A stretch of 63,356 nucleotides of DNA, filler included, from Octopus bimaculoides (GCF_001194135.2; 4 parts of 3 records of this genome joined end to end with filler, not necessarily neighbours in it), one strand, 5' to 3'; shown: positions 11,688-24,750, counted from the first letter of the whole stretch. Notes: a model not told the origin generated them from the letters alone. Made by a program: numbers and translations.

Positions 11688-11904
11688 AAGGTGGAGAGCT
11701 AGCAGTATCGTTAGCACGCCGGGCTAAAAGTTTAGCGGTATTTCGAACGTCTTTATGTTCTGAGTTCACATCTTCTCACGGTTGATTTTGCCTTACATTT
11801 AGCGAGTAATAGAATAAGTACCAGTCGATCCCTGGAGTCGATGTAATCACGCATCCCCTCTTCCGAAATTTCAGGCCTTGTGTCTATCGTAGAAAAGATT
11901 ATTA
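11688..11904 (+). mobile_element. Family A SINE (tail b) abutting the Helitron fragment
   Basis: AAGGTGGAGAGCTAGCAG head to TTTCAGGCCTTGTG...GTAGAAAAGATTATT tail. Confidence 0.85.
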
Positions 11905-13450
11905 GGAGTTCAATACTTTGAATTTAGTGTAACTTTATATGGTGTAATTTAATAACAATCTACTATGAACTAACCCAACGATTGCATACTTTGAACTCAG
12001 ATTTGTGTGATTGCAGGATCTGCCGCCAACTTTTTCAGCTCAGTATCTGTAGTTAGATAGAAATTTTCAGTTTTAACGTATTGGTTTGAAAATTATTTCG
12101 GAAATCCTTCCTCACATATGCGATCTGTATGTCCATTTGACACGCTTGGGCTATTGAGATTAATACTTTTACAAGAAACATGGATAATAATCTTAACTAT
12201 ATGGAAGAACAAAGTATTCCTTTCATCATCTGGGTTCTCAGTGCAAACAAATCAAATAACAACAGCTAATAGGTTTGATTTATTTCCTGCTAAGATTTTA
12301 AAAATTACGACCATGTGGCAATCCTTTTTGCTGTTCCTCTTTCATAAATACATAAACGATATCTTTTCGACTCTTCATAAGGCAAATCAGGAAGAAACAA
12401 TTTTAACTTTTGATGAAACCCTTTAAACGTAATATCTAGTTGGGCACTTATATTTTACCTGGGAAAATCGACAACTTATCCTCTTTTTAATTAGGATTTG
12501 TTGCAGAAATGATGAAAATTTGTGGCTTTCTGTTGTACTTGGAGATACTTCCAGACTCTTGAAGTGTTTCGGTATGCCACCTTGGTGTTCTATATTCAGT
12601 CGTTGGTAACTGTTTCCTGCTCCGATGCCATCGTCCTCCCCTCCTCTGCAGTATTCAATAGGCCTTATCCACAAGAATTATTTCTAGTTATCCGTACCAA
12701 TTAGATGGTGACATTATTTCTAGTTATGCCTGCATCACTTTTTTTCCATTTCTACCTTAAATTATTCATCAGTACCAAAGGGAAACGTAAACATAATGCA
12801 AGTGAAGAGCATTGCAACTTCGATGTGATTCCATGTTCAGTGACAACCATTTCCAGGCCTCCTATTGTCTCGTTAAGCTGCAGAACCACTTCGCTTGAAT
12901 TAAGCATATTATATTGACTGTTAACCAACATTTAGCTTCTTTTCTGTTCCCAATACCAATCTAACCTCTTCTCTTCTGATACGCTCTATGGCAGATTAAA
13001 ATTTCTAGTGTATGGATTAACATAATACAAGTATTTTTGCAATTTAACTACCAGGCCAGAGTGTAGGATTGAATTGTTTTATAAGCTGTTTGTTATTTCA
13101 TACTTTGTGTCGTAATAGAAAATCAAAGCAAACTTTAGTCACTGGTTTTCAGATGGAACTAGTGCTCCAAATCTGATAAACCTTTCTGTACAATTTTAGC
13201 AACGAACTATAACCTAATAGTATTGATTTCCGACAGCCTAGAGTATCCCATGGCCATGGCATTGTTGTAATTTCTGACTGCAGTAAAGAAATGATTGACA
13301 TAATAAAAATGTTGTTTTATCTCTGTCGAAGAATCTGATAATGGTTTGAGTTTAATATTGCCTTTAGCGCTACAGTAATCTGGAGACGCAACATCAAATT
13401 TTAGTGTATTATAGTCGTTACACTCGTTTCCATTATTATCAAACAAACTC
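11905..13450 (-). mobile_element. Decayed Helitron RepHel fragment (N-terminal region + Rep/HUH domain), many stops and frameshifts
   Basis: Collinear motifs on the minus strand: CSAKGNIKL...FFTAVRNYNNAMAM; VYQIGALVP...FALIFYYD; QYNMLNSSEV; LHY..RFP.GTDE; KPQIFIISATNPN.KE (GKPDLFITFTCNP motif); LDITFKGFHQKLKLFLPDL; YVFMKEEQQKGLPH (EFQKRGLPHxH HUH motif); VCTENPDD..TLFFHIVK.IIHVSC; CEEGFPK; NRWV. Confidence 0.88.
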
Positions 13451-13955
13451 CTAGCCTTGCTTTGACAGTAAACGATTATGAGACTCAGGCTTGGGCGAGT
13501 CTCTTTGTTTCCCTTATTCAGTTGCACATTGAAGTTGTTTCCTTTAGCGTTCTTCCACTTTGCTGTGATTTCTTGGTATTATATTAATTTGACTTCGCAC
13601 AAGAAAAGTCCTCAAAGAAATTTGGGTAGTGACAATTTTTGTAGATATTATATGAAAAAAATAATTTGTTCTTCTATTACTACTCAGAGTTTCACGAATG
13701 TATCAAATCTATTTTTCGTTTCCCACATCAATCATATACGAGAACGGAAAAAACCCCCAGCCAACTATCATAATGTAGACTATTAAAAAATAATAGAATT
13801 TCAAATAAGTAGTAGATTGCTTTCCTTTCTTTTCTACAATATGTACAAGGTCTGAAGATTTAGGGAAGTCCTGGTCGATTATATTGAACCAGGCCAGGCT
13901 TTGGTACTCTGGGGTGCTTCAGAATATTCTGAGTGGACACTAAATTGTAATACGC

Positions 13956-13998
<43 letters not shown>

Positions 13999-14000
<2 letters not shown>

Positions 14001-14388
14001 GAGGCGCAATGGCCTAGTGGTTAGGGCTGCGGACTCGCGGTCATAGGATCGCGGTTTCGATTCTCAGACAGGGCGTTGTGAGTGTTTATTGAGCGAAAAG
14101 ACCTAAAACTCCACGAGGCTCCGGCAGGGGATGTTGGCGAACCCTGCTGTACTCTTTCACCACAACTTTCTCTCACTCTTTCTTCCTGTTTCTGTTGTAT
14201 CTGTGATTCAAAGGGTTCAGCCTTGTCACACTGTGTCACGCTGGATATCCCCCAGAACTACATTAAAGGTACACGTGTCTGTGGAGTGCTCAGCCACTTG
14301 CACGTTAATTTCACGAGCAGGCTGTCCCGTTGATCGGATCAACTGGAACCCTCGACGTCGTAAGCGACAGAGTGCCAACAACAACAAC

Positions 14389-14391
<3 letters not shown>
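13999..14391 (+). mobile_element. Family B tRNA-derived SINE, full length, (CAA)n tail
   Basis: A box TGGCCTAGTGG, B box GGTTTCGATTC, body of about 390 bp, 3' end GGAACCCTCGACGTCGTAAGCGACAGAGTGCC(AAC)n. A highly similar copy lies at 25522-25911 (-). Confidence 0.9.
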
Positions 14392-14461
<70 letters not shown>

Positions 14462-14858
14462 ATTAAACCGTTAATCTTGACATTTTTCTCTCTCCATTTT
14501 TCTTTCTCAATCCTTTCTGTCGCAGGCTCTAAACTTCAAAGACTTTTCCATTCTTCCCGACCGTTAATCTAATACACCTTCTTGTTCCCTCACCTACCTT
14601 TGTCTTCTGTACATGTGAACCACACACATAAAATATATATGTATGTATATATAAAATACATATGTATGTTTGTATATATGTATATACACATACATAGCTT
14701 TTAAGCTAGCTCCTGTGGAGGTCTCTTCATTGGCTCCTGGGCCAAACAATTACACTTCATGCATTGAGTACATATTAAATTGTATTAAACTTGAACAATA
14801 TTTTTCAAGCAATGAACAATTTTTATCAAAACAATGATATAATTTGTCGACTTGGAAT

Positions 14859-15071
14859 TTATTGCAAAGCTGCATGATAAGCGTTTTTTGTCTTCCCATT
14901 CAGAGTCAGTACAAATAGCGTGTTTTCATTCTCTACTCTTGAACAACCAACATATAGCTGGCCGTAGGTAACAATAAACTTACCTTTTAAAAGTTCAACG
15001 ATAATTCTTCTGTCGCCACTGAATTTAAAGACAATTTGATGTACATAGGGCTTTACTTTTCGTACAAACAA
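14859..15071 (-). mobile_element. Helitron PIF1-like helicase C-terminal fragment
   Basis: YGQLYVGCSRVENENTLFVLTLNGKTKNAYHAALQ* matches the HGQLYV..SRV....L.V.....T.N.VY...L terminus of Helitron helicases. Confidence 0.8.
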
Positions 15072-16019
15072 TTATTTGTAGTAGCTGGTATATATCTAAA
15101 CTCCTGTTCGTAGTTTGAAGGAAAATTACACCACTATTGCTAAACACTATTTTAAAGTGCAGGTTTTATGGTTTGGAATTGCTCTAAACGTATTTGACTA
15201 TAAATATGTTTGAGATTTGTATTTTTTAAGGTAATAATAAAATTAATCGAATCTATTTTCATGCAGTCAGAGTGCGCTAAGTTTCCATAGCTCTGACGAT
15301 ACGAAAATAGGTCCGACAAATTTTATTAATATCTGATAAAAATACTAAGTTTCCAGCATTTTTATGGTAGTGAGTTATGAGAGGTAATATTATATGAGAG
15401 AGTGAGTTCAATACGTATTTCAGTTCCGAACGTTATGAAGCATGTATTATGGTTAAATTACTTGATACAGTTATAATATTTAGAGAAAGATTTTTTTCAG
15501 AATGTTTATTTTGGAAATTACTTTTGGAAATAATTATAATATTTAGAGAAATATTCTTTTCAAAATGCTAGGATTAAGGGACCCCCCCCCCACCAAGAAT
15601 GAAGAATAGTAGAAGAGTCATTGAATAGTGAAAGATGTGGTCGGAGGAGTAAAGTTGAAAAAGTGTGACACACTGACATTCGCTTTCGCATTTGAATCAG
15701 TTTAATGTAAAGAAAGAATAGAGAAGAACAAATTTTTTTATTATGCAGTCATTTATGTTCTCTTTTCACCTATGTAACGTTTCCACCGCTATCAAAGTGC
15801 ATCTTCTGCATCTTTTAGTGCATCAAAAGCTTCATCGGGGCATATCCCCATCAACCAAAATCTTTGGAAAACTTTGGAAACTAGACAATGTATATACAAT
15901 TCCATATCGAGCAATGAGAATGAGTGCTTAACATCGCAATAGTAGATAAAAAATCTTTATGGGTTAAGACTACCATTGGTTTCATGTAAAGAGAAACCAC
16001 TTAACAATTATGAAACATG

Positions 16020-16100
16020 CCACTTGAAACATCGGTGTTCGTCTCCATCTTGAACGATGTTTTAATCCGAGTTGGAGACGAACACCGATGTTCCATGTGG
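16020..16100. other. Isolated ~80-nt hairpin (perfect 20-bp stem 16028-16047/16073-16092, extending to about 28 bp)
   Basis: AACATCGGTGTTCGTCTCCA is the exact reverse complement of TGGAGACGAACACCGATGTT. The outer extension CCAC-T-TG-A / C-CA-T-GTGG pairs with two mismatches. Confidence 0.85.
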
Positions 16101-16155
16101 AAGGCTTGATAATTGTTAAGGGATTTCTCACAACATAAAACCAATGGTAGCCTTA

Positions 16156-16207
<52 letters not shown>

Positions 16208-16510
16208 TATATATGTATATATATATACATATCCGTTCGCGCAAACGTTTTTCGTTGACAAATTGTTTTCTTTCATTTTCCTTATGTCTGTAATAACTGT
16301 TTCTGATTTAATAAGGCTAGCAAATTTGAAGTGAGTGTCAGTCGATAACAATAACTTCTGTAGTTGACTGGCGCGTTATTTTATCGACCAACAAAGGGAT
16401 GAAAGCATAGTTAAGCTCGGTAAAATTTGAACTTAGAATGTCGGAAGAAATACCAAATGGAGTTTTCTTGGTCACTGAAATGGTTCCGCTAGCTCACCAC
16501 CTTATATGTA

Positions 16511-16763
16511 TAAATATATATAAATGCGCCCTTTTAAAGCCTGGCCAGGCTCATGGACCCGGTTTCCATGGCGTATGTGTTCCCCAGCGGGACAGGACGC
16601 CAGTCCATCGCAGCGTTACTCATTTTTGCCAGCTGAGTGGACTGGAGCAACGTGAAATGAAGTGTTTTGCTCAAGAACACAACGCGTCGCCCGGTTCAGA
16701 AATCGAAACCACAATCTTGCGATCATGGTGCTGCCACCCTAACCACTAAGTCACGCGCCTCCA
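16511..16763 (-). mobile_element. Family E-like SINE: same head and CORE-like domain, different 3' tail
   Basis: Shares CTTGAGCAAAACACTTCATTTCACGTTGCTCCAGTCCACTCAGCTGGCAAAAATGAGTA with 48559-48790 (+). The tail is GGAAACCGGGTCCATGAGCCTGGCC. Confidence 0.8.
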
Positions 16764-18494
16764 CACCTTATATGTATATGTAATAATAAATCTAAATTTT
16801 GGTAACAAGGCCAGACATTTTAGTGGGAGGGGTAATTCAATATCATGACCCCAGTGCTCGACTGGTATTTATTTTATCGATCCCAAAAGAATGAAAGACA
16901 AAGTCAACCTTGGCGGAACTTGAACTCCGAATGTAAAGATTGACGAAATACTTCTGAGCATTTTGCCAATATGCTAACGTTTCTGCCAGCTCACCGCTTA
17001 ATATATAATAATCCTAATACAGGATGAAGTCTTGAAATTTTTTGGTGGAAGGGTGCTAGCCGATTTCAGTGCTCAGGTGTTACTTATTTCATCGATCACC
17101 AAAAGGGTGAAAAGCAAAGTTAACCTCCGGCGGAAGTGGTGTTGTGTCACTTGCTGAAAATTTGTTAATACTATTGTTTCATTCTTCCTATCCCATTCTC
17201 TGTCACTCAACTTCACTCATTCTCTGAAGTGGAAGAGAAGTGAAGGTAAGGAAAATGTGTGCATGCCCTTCACTAAGTGGATTCCCTTGTCAGCACTGCC
17301 ACCTCAACATTCAATGGTGCACCCTCAGATATACTCTATTTAGTATTATTACAAATTAATGCCCACCCAGTATATTCTAAATCACCCATAAACACAAAAG
17401 TCTGGTGACGGGCCTGAATGTACGAGAAAATTTACTTTAAGACAAGGAAACAAATGTATGAGTACTTATTACTCATTGTCACAGAATTGTTTGCACAGAC
17501 ACATACAAACACGAAACCTGTTCTGTGTTTCTCTCGCCTCTTCCTTTACTCCACCTGTACGGCTACACATTGTAGATATCTTCAGTTTCTTTTTGAAGGC
17601 AGCCACAGACACAAAGACTTTATGCAAATTTGTATAGATTAAATGAATTACGTAGATATCTTATTAAAGATGTAATGTAAATGAAATGACAATTACAAAT
17701 TTTCATTTCCATTTTCGAATCTTTTGGGTAATGAATTTTGAATATTGTAAACATGTTTACTGAGTCTAAATAGACTAACCGTTTTTGATAGTGTTTAAAT
17801 TGTTTCTTTTGAAGATAAAACGAAATTATTAATTAATCAGTTAATAGTGTTGTTAGTTAAAAAAATAATGCTACCAACATTTTCTTCAAAAGAATGCTGT
17901 AACTACAAATAATTTTGCTTTTACTCGCATTGCTTTTTAACATCGACGCAAGAAGGGTTCCGTTGATTAAATTGACTTTTTTTTTAGGTAATTGGTACTT
18001 AGTTTATTGACATCGAGAGGAACCAAGGTGTTATTTGAATCCGTGATATAAAAGGATGTAATTAAATTACAGTGAGGCCTTTTCTCTTCTCTTTTACTAA
18101 TTCTGCCATCTATTGCCCTCTACTTTGCTGTTGATATTAATACTGGTATAGGGGTTGGTGGGGAACTGCAAAATCGATAGAGTATCAGAAAAATTACGTT
18201 ATTACATTTAGTCACCTCCCCTTGCATTCAGAATTCAAATTTTTCTCAATTTTCCTATCAATCCTATGGGATCTTGAACAGCAATCCATATCATAATTTA
18301 AATACCTAGTAAGTATTGAAATCGACTAAACTAAGTGTCCTTGTCCCACACTTGAACGTGTGGTCTTGTGACATAGATATCGATATCAATTCTCTCAATA
18401 GTCCGATCAATACCTGAGTCAGTAGTGCACCGAATAAAGTACCTTGATGTATTTAGCTGTCTTTCTAAAAACCAATAGCAACAATAGCAACACA

Positions 18495-18838
18495 TCAGTC
18501 ATATATTCTTTTCTACTCTAGGCACAAAGCTCGACATTTTTGGGGAGAGGCTATTTAATTTATCGACCCCGAAAGGATAAAAGGCAAAGTCGACCTTGGT
18601 GGAATTTGAACTCAGAAACTAAAGACAGACGCATTTGGCCCGGCATTTTAACGTTTCTTATTTCTAAACATAGAGGGGACAGACAGAGGGATTAAGTCGA
18701 TTACATTGACCCCAGTGCGTAACTGGTACTTAATTTATCGATCCTGAAAGAATGAAAGGCAAAGTCGACCTCGGCGGAATTTGAACTCAGAACGTAGCGG
18801 CAGACGAAATACCAGTTTCTGCCAGCTCGCCGCCTTAC
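18495..18838 (-). mobile_element. Nested family A SINEs (5'-truncated tail-a copy inserted at the AGAAAC site in the head of a tail-b copy)
   Basis: Minus strand: GGCGGCGAGCTGGCAGAAAC | TGGTATTTCG...tail a AAATAAGAAAC | GTTAAATGCCGGGCC...tail b. Confidence 0.85.
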
Positions 18839-20429
18839 ATCAGTCATGTATTGGCAGAACCTATAAGAGGAGGGTTCATCTGATATATCATCCCGGGGCC
18901 TGGAAGTGGCGTCTGGATATGTGACTGGTCTCGTCTTCAGAAAGATCAACATAGNNNNNNNNNNNNNNNNNNNNNNNNNNNNNNNNNNNNNNNNNNNNNN
19001 NNNNNNNNNNNNNNNNNNNNNNNNNNNNNNNNNNNNNNNNNNNNNNNNNNNNNNNNNNNNNNNNNNNNNNNNNNNNNNNNNNNNNNNNNNNNNNNNNNNN
19101 NNNNNNNNNNNNNNNNNNNNNNNNNNNNNNNNNNNNNNNNNNNNNNNNNNNNNNNNNNNNNNNNNNNNNNNNNNNNNNNNNNNNNNNNNNNNNNNNNNNN
19201 NNNNNNNNNNNNNNNNNNNNNNNNNNNNNNNNNNNNNNNNNNNNNNNNNNNNNNNNNNNNNNNNNNNNNNNNNNNNNNNNNNNNNNNNNNNNNNNNNNNN
19301 NNNNNNNNNNNNNNNNNNNNNNNNNNNNNNNNNNNNNNNNNNNNNNNNNNNNNNNNNNNNNNNNNNNNNNNNNNNNNNNNNNNNNNNNNNNNNNNNNNNN
19401 NNNNNNNNNNNNNNNNNNNNNNNNNNNNNNNNNNNNNNNNNNNNNNNNNNNAAAAAAAAAAAAAAAAAAATGCTTTATTCCTACAATAAATTATACGATA
19501 GATCACATTTGAAGTTATAACATTTAAATACAAAGAAACAACTGCAAAATCGTGACAATGGTGGTTCGTCTGAGAAATGAGCCCCACGAGATGAAGTGGC
19601 TACCGTAGCGAGTAGAGCTGGTCATTTTCTGTGGCAATGCCATCGCAGTCATTTCCGCTGGATGCATACCACTTGTTTCGGGGTGTGTGGCCCATCGCCT
19701 CCTCCACCTTCTGCTGTTTAACCCCACTTTTTCTTTTCCTTTTTCATCTTTCTTCTTTTTCTGTTCCTTTGTATTTAAATGTTATAATTCAAGATGAAGT
19801 ATATACTCAAGCAGTGTTACGAGTTTTAACTTAGGAATTCGGGTAAAGGGTAAAGATTTCCTTCGGTCATAAATGACGATGGGATTGCACCTAGAAAGTA
19901 CCCCTCCGAAGCATAAGTTCGGGCAAGGTTGTTTTTGGAAGACCAGTTGTCACCCATGCATACTCACTACCTCATGATTGTGAGGCCAATGCTCTAACCA
20001 CTGAGCCATAAAAAATATGTTTATTAAATATTCAATCGACGACCGTGTAGTTAAAAATTTCAATAAAATATTCTATGCTCATAGCCGTTGTTCCTAGTAT
20101 CTGTTTCTTTCTACTAGGGGCACAAAGATTGAAATATTTCAGAAAAAGGGGTAGTCGATTACACTGAGCCCAGTGTTCGACTGGTACTTATTCAATGGAT
20201 CCGAAAGGATGAAAAGCAACGTCGACCTCGGCAGAATTTGAACTCAGAATGAACAGGAAGAAATGCTGCATTTTTCTTGTTGTTTTTTTTTTCTTGCTTC
20301 AGTGTCAGTAATTTCAAATACGGTTCGGAGTAGGAACAATAGACTATACTTTGCCCACCTAACTACCTTTTCACATACATCTGAAATCAATATTTATACT
20401 AATGCAGTTAGCACACTGGGCAAAATGCT

Positions 20430-20815
20430 TAGCTGTACTGGAGAGGCAAGTCGAGACTGCCCAACAGTGTCGCAGGACGCTGGACGGACGGGTTAGTTAA
20501 AATGCTAGGAGTCTGGTTCGGTCCAGACTTCCAGATAGAGAAGAACTGGAGTGAGATTACGAGCGGGGTGACCTACCTAACTCACACCTGGTCTGAGCGG
20601 TGGCTATCCCTGAAAGGAAGGGAGGAGGTAGCAAATGTGTTTATCGCATCTGTGACCACCTACCGCCTAACCGTCGTGCCTTACCCAGATTCATAGCTAA
20701 ACAAGTTGGAACGATTGCTTGTCCGCTTTTTGAGGAGGGGCAAAGGACATCTTGTAAGGCGCTCTATCTGCTATCAATAACTGCTAAAAGGTGGGCTAGA
20801 TCTTCATCGGAAAGG
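20430..20815 (+). mobile_element. Tx1/L1-clade LINE ORF2 fragment (post-RT region)
   Basis: WTDGLVKMLGVWFGPDFQIEKNWSEI...WSERWLSLKGREEVANVFIASV..YRL...KLERLL.RFL..G...V.RS.C....LKGGL. Confidence 0.85.
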
Positions 20816-21589
20816 AGAAAGAAAAAGTCCTTAGAAAGAAAAGAAATTGCCAACAGCACGTGTATAGTTACATTGCTGTGTGTGTATGTGTGTGTGTGTG
20901 TGTGTATCTTTGTATTTGTGTTTGTCCTCTACTATCGTTTGGATCGGCGGAAAGAAACCGATGGAGTAAGTATTAGGCTTAGAACAAAAAAAAAAAAAAA
21001 AAAAAAAAGTACTGGGGTCGATTTGTTCAACTAAACCCTTCAAGGTTGTGCTTTGAGTGAAATAAAATAAAGGACAAAAAATCCGTAGGCCTTGTCCGGC
21101 AGAGATGATTGGTGATAGCAAGAACTCTGACAAGAATGGTAACAAATGTTTGTGGAGTTTGTTATATGTTCATATCTATGTGCATGCATAGGTATACGTA
21201 TATATGAATACATCTTCACTAGTAGTACTATTTCGTTAAGCGCATCTACTAAGCAGTATGAACTGTGTTTAAGGCAGATACGCACAGCGTGTATCACTCC
21301 GCTATAGACACTGTTTGTAAACATGTCAAATAAAGTAAACACGTAGAAACTTAACGATGCCTTCAGTGAGTTGTTTATTATCCCACAAAGAACAAAAGAA
21401 TACATAACAAAGTTAGATTTTATTTATTCTGCGGCATGAAAAGAAAATATGATGATTTCAGTACTATTATAGTTTTTAGGAACACTTGAAGTGGGCAAAA
21501 ATGGAACAGTACCAGAAATGAGTTAGCACCTTAACAAATCATTTTGTGTTTCTGCATTACTGTTGGTTCTGACCTTACATATTCTTGGC

Positions 21590-21670
21590 AGGTTGTTTAA
21601 CCCCAACTTTGATTAAGCAGCCTTGTGATCAAAGGCATTTCAGCCATAACCACACACCGACTTTTTGTAC
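21590..21670 (+). repeat. Family F ancient degenerate interspersed repeat (…TGATCAAAGGCATT.CAGC.AT.ACCA…)
   Basis: Related diverged matches at about 43960-44010 and 51550-51610 (+), and 7660-7720 and 56580-56670 (-). Unclassified. Confidence 0.5.
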
Positions 21671-24199
21671 GCCAAGGACTGCAATTGTTTAATGTATTGT
21701 TTTTATGATAGTAGGCTGTGGTTTGAGTAAGCAATCTCCCGATTACCAAAACGTATTGGGAATACAGTGTAACTTTGCTATTGGATACAACCTTAATTTG
21801 CAAAAAATTGGCATTTTTGGTTTTGCAAAAATCAAGCAGAAAAATGGCTTTTGTGGTAAATCAAAAGAATTAAAAAAGTTAATTGACAGGCAGTGGTTTT
21901 GTAGAATCCTTAGGATCATTTGAACAATGGTTCTCAGACAATGCATCACAAGAGGTATTTAGGTGCACCATGGATTTTTGAAAATATGATTTAAGACTTT
22001 AAAAAAATTCTATATTAATACTTGCATATCTCAAAAAATACGTTATTCATAATTGTCTCATATGCTGTTATGATTAAAAAAGTAAGATAAACACTACATT
22101 TCTATATTTCTATTATTTTTTCTAATGTTAAAAGTTGAAATATACTTTTGTTTAACTTCCCATGCAAAGTATGCCAGTAATTTTCATTTTCTTTAATCTC
22201 CCGTGCGTTATTGATATTTTATTTAATCTTCAGTGCACCATAAAGTAAAAATAAAAAACGGAAAAAGACTGAAATCACTGCACCATTGCATTAGAGCTTC
22301 AGATAAAGATGGCTTTTAGTGTGCATACTTTGAGTTCGAATCCATACCGAGTTTAACTTTGCTTTTCCTTCAAAAGAGATCGATAAAAAATATACACCTC
22401 GTCACAAAAAAGCTGGTCAAGTACTTGTGTTGATATAATCGACTATTCACTTCTCACAAAGTTTGTAACTTAGTATTTAAGTCAGAAATCGTTATTTTTA
22501 TTTGGAAAAGCTATGAAAGTGGTGCTTTATCAGAGTAATTAGAAAGTTAGATAGAATGCCTTGTGATATTTATTCTAAATCCCTTTCTATGAGTTCGAAT
22601 CCTGCCGTGGTGAGTTTTACCTTTCATTCTTTTAGCGGTCGACGAAAACATACTAATATAGGTACTTAGCCGTATATATTCAATTTCTTTGCATTCTGAT
22701 AGCAACTCCAGCGACAATACTGTTGCAAAGTTATATCAGTCGGCCTTAAGGTGGTACCCTTTTCCATGGACAACGTTGGTGGTGTGCAAAGGTGAGATTT
22801 GAATCCACGAGAGACAGCAAATCTTGCACAAAAAACTTTTCCCAAGCTTGCATACACACACACACACACACCACACACAAATGGTCGACTATGTCCAACA
22901 GAAGCCACTTGAAAGTGGAGCAATGATATGATGTAAACCTTGTGAACAGAATCTTGTTCTAGATTTCGCACTGAAATGTTGCCTGTGTACACATTTTCTG
23001 TCTGTCTTTCAAACTTCAAGAAGATAATAATTAGTAATATATGCAAGTCAGTTCAGTGGATTCTGAATAAGATTAAAAGAATATTTTTTAAGATGCTGTA
23101 TAATGAAGCAGTATAACATAGAGTAGCAAACTGGTTCAGTTCAAATTCCACTTAAGGATTAAAATCCTATGATGACTATATCATCATCCCTCTAATATCG
23201 AAAGAAGACGTCCTGACGATACACAGACAGTTACAGATTGCAGCATCAGCATCTCTCTGTACATGAACAAACTTCTCATAATTTCAACACGATTGCATTG
23301 AGGTTACATGGACATTAAATTGTAAGCATCATTTCGAGGATCGAATTCAAAATTCCTTACCTACACCAATGAAACTCACTAACAAAAAGCTCCGGGGTTT
23401 CCAGAAATTTTGTAAATATCCATATCCATGAAGAAACACCGCCACCACCACCAACGTCAGGGTCATATATAGATGAGATGATCAAGACTGAAATCGTTTT
23501 TGTGATAGATCTGTTTCGTCACAGGTCTGTTGAGGGTGATCAGATGCAAAACACAACCGACAACAAAAACAAGAATAACAACAACATCTAGTCCCTTCAC
23601 ATATTGAACAATACATGGATCTCTGCTTCAAATTACTGCTCATAAATCTTGGAGTTCATCTACTATTATAAAGTAAGACACTATTTACCTGTCATTTGAT
23701 GTGATTTATTAATTATTTCATGTATTTAATTATTTATATATACATGTATTTACATATGTATATATATTTATTTTTTTTATCTTTATATTTGTTCTAATGC
23801 TGTTTGTTGCTGTTTATTTATTTTTTTTTTTTTATTCTGTCTTGTTACTAGTTTATTCACTTGACTAAAAATGTCTGCTGTTGTTTGCTTTTTTAACTCC
23901 CACTTCCTAAGGCCGCTAACCCAGTCATTACATGGATACACACGTGTTTACATAGATCATTAACCACACATATATCTATAAAAATAACACAGAAATGCTA
24001 AAAAAAAAAACTGTGTGTGTACAGAGGTGATCAGACAAGGGAGGGAGAGAGTGAGAGAGAGAGAGGATAAAAGTAGTAAGAAGCAAACAGAAAAACAGAC
24101 AAAATAAAATGAAACGCATGCATAATTATTATGTAGCTAGCATAATAAATATTATTTTTTCATATATATAATCACTAACACACAAAAACATGTGTCAGT

Positions 24200-24200
24200 G

Positions 24201-24245
<45 letters not shown>

Positions 24246-24273
24246 ACACATATACATACATACATATTGTTAG

Positions 24274-24354
<81 letters not shown>

Positions 24355-24750
24355 ATACACACATGTATGTATACACACATGTATGTATACACACATGTAT
24401 GTATACACACATGTATATATATATATACACACATGTATGTATACACACATGTATATATATATACATGTATGTATACACACATGTATATATATATATATNN
24501 NNNNNNNNTATGTATACACACATGTATATGTGTTTCAGTGCATATATATGTGTTTGTATAGATACATACATGTATGCATATAATGACTTATATATATATG
24601 CATACATATCATGTGCATATACATATATACACATGCATACACACATACACATACATAATACGTTCGTACACATATACACACATACGAAATAGAATACAAA
24701 GCTAGTCATATATACATGCACATATATGTGTGTACACACACACACACATT
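24200..24750. repeat. Compound microsatellite/minisatellite (ATCT)n, (TA)n, (TG)n, 16-bp GTATACACACATGTAT units
   Basis: Directly visible tandem units; 10-N gap at about 24499. Confidence 0.9.
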
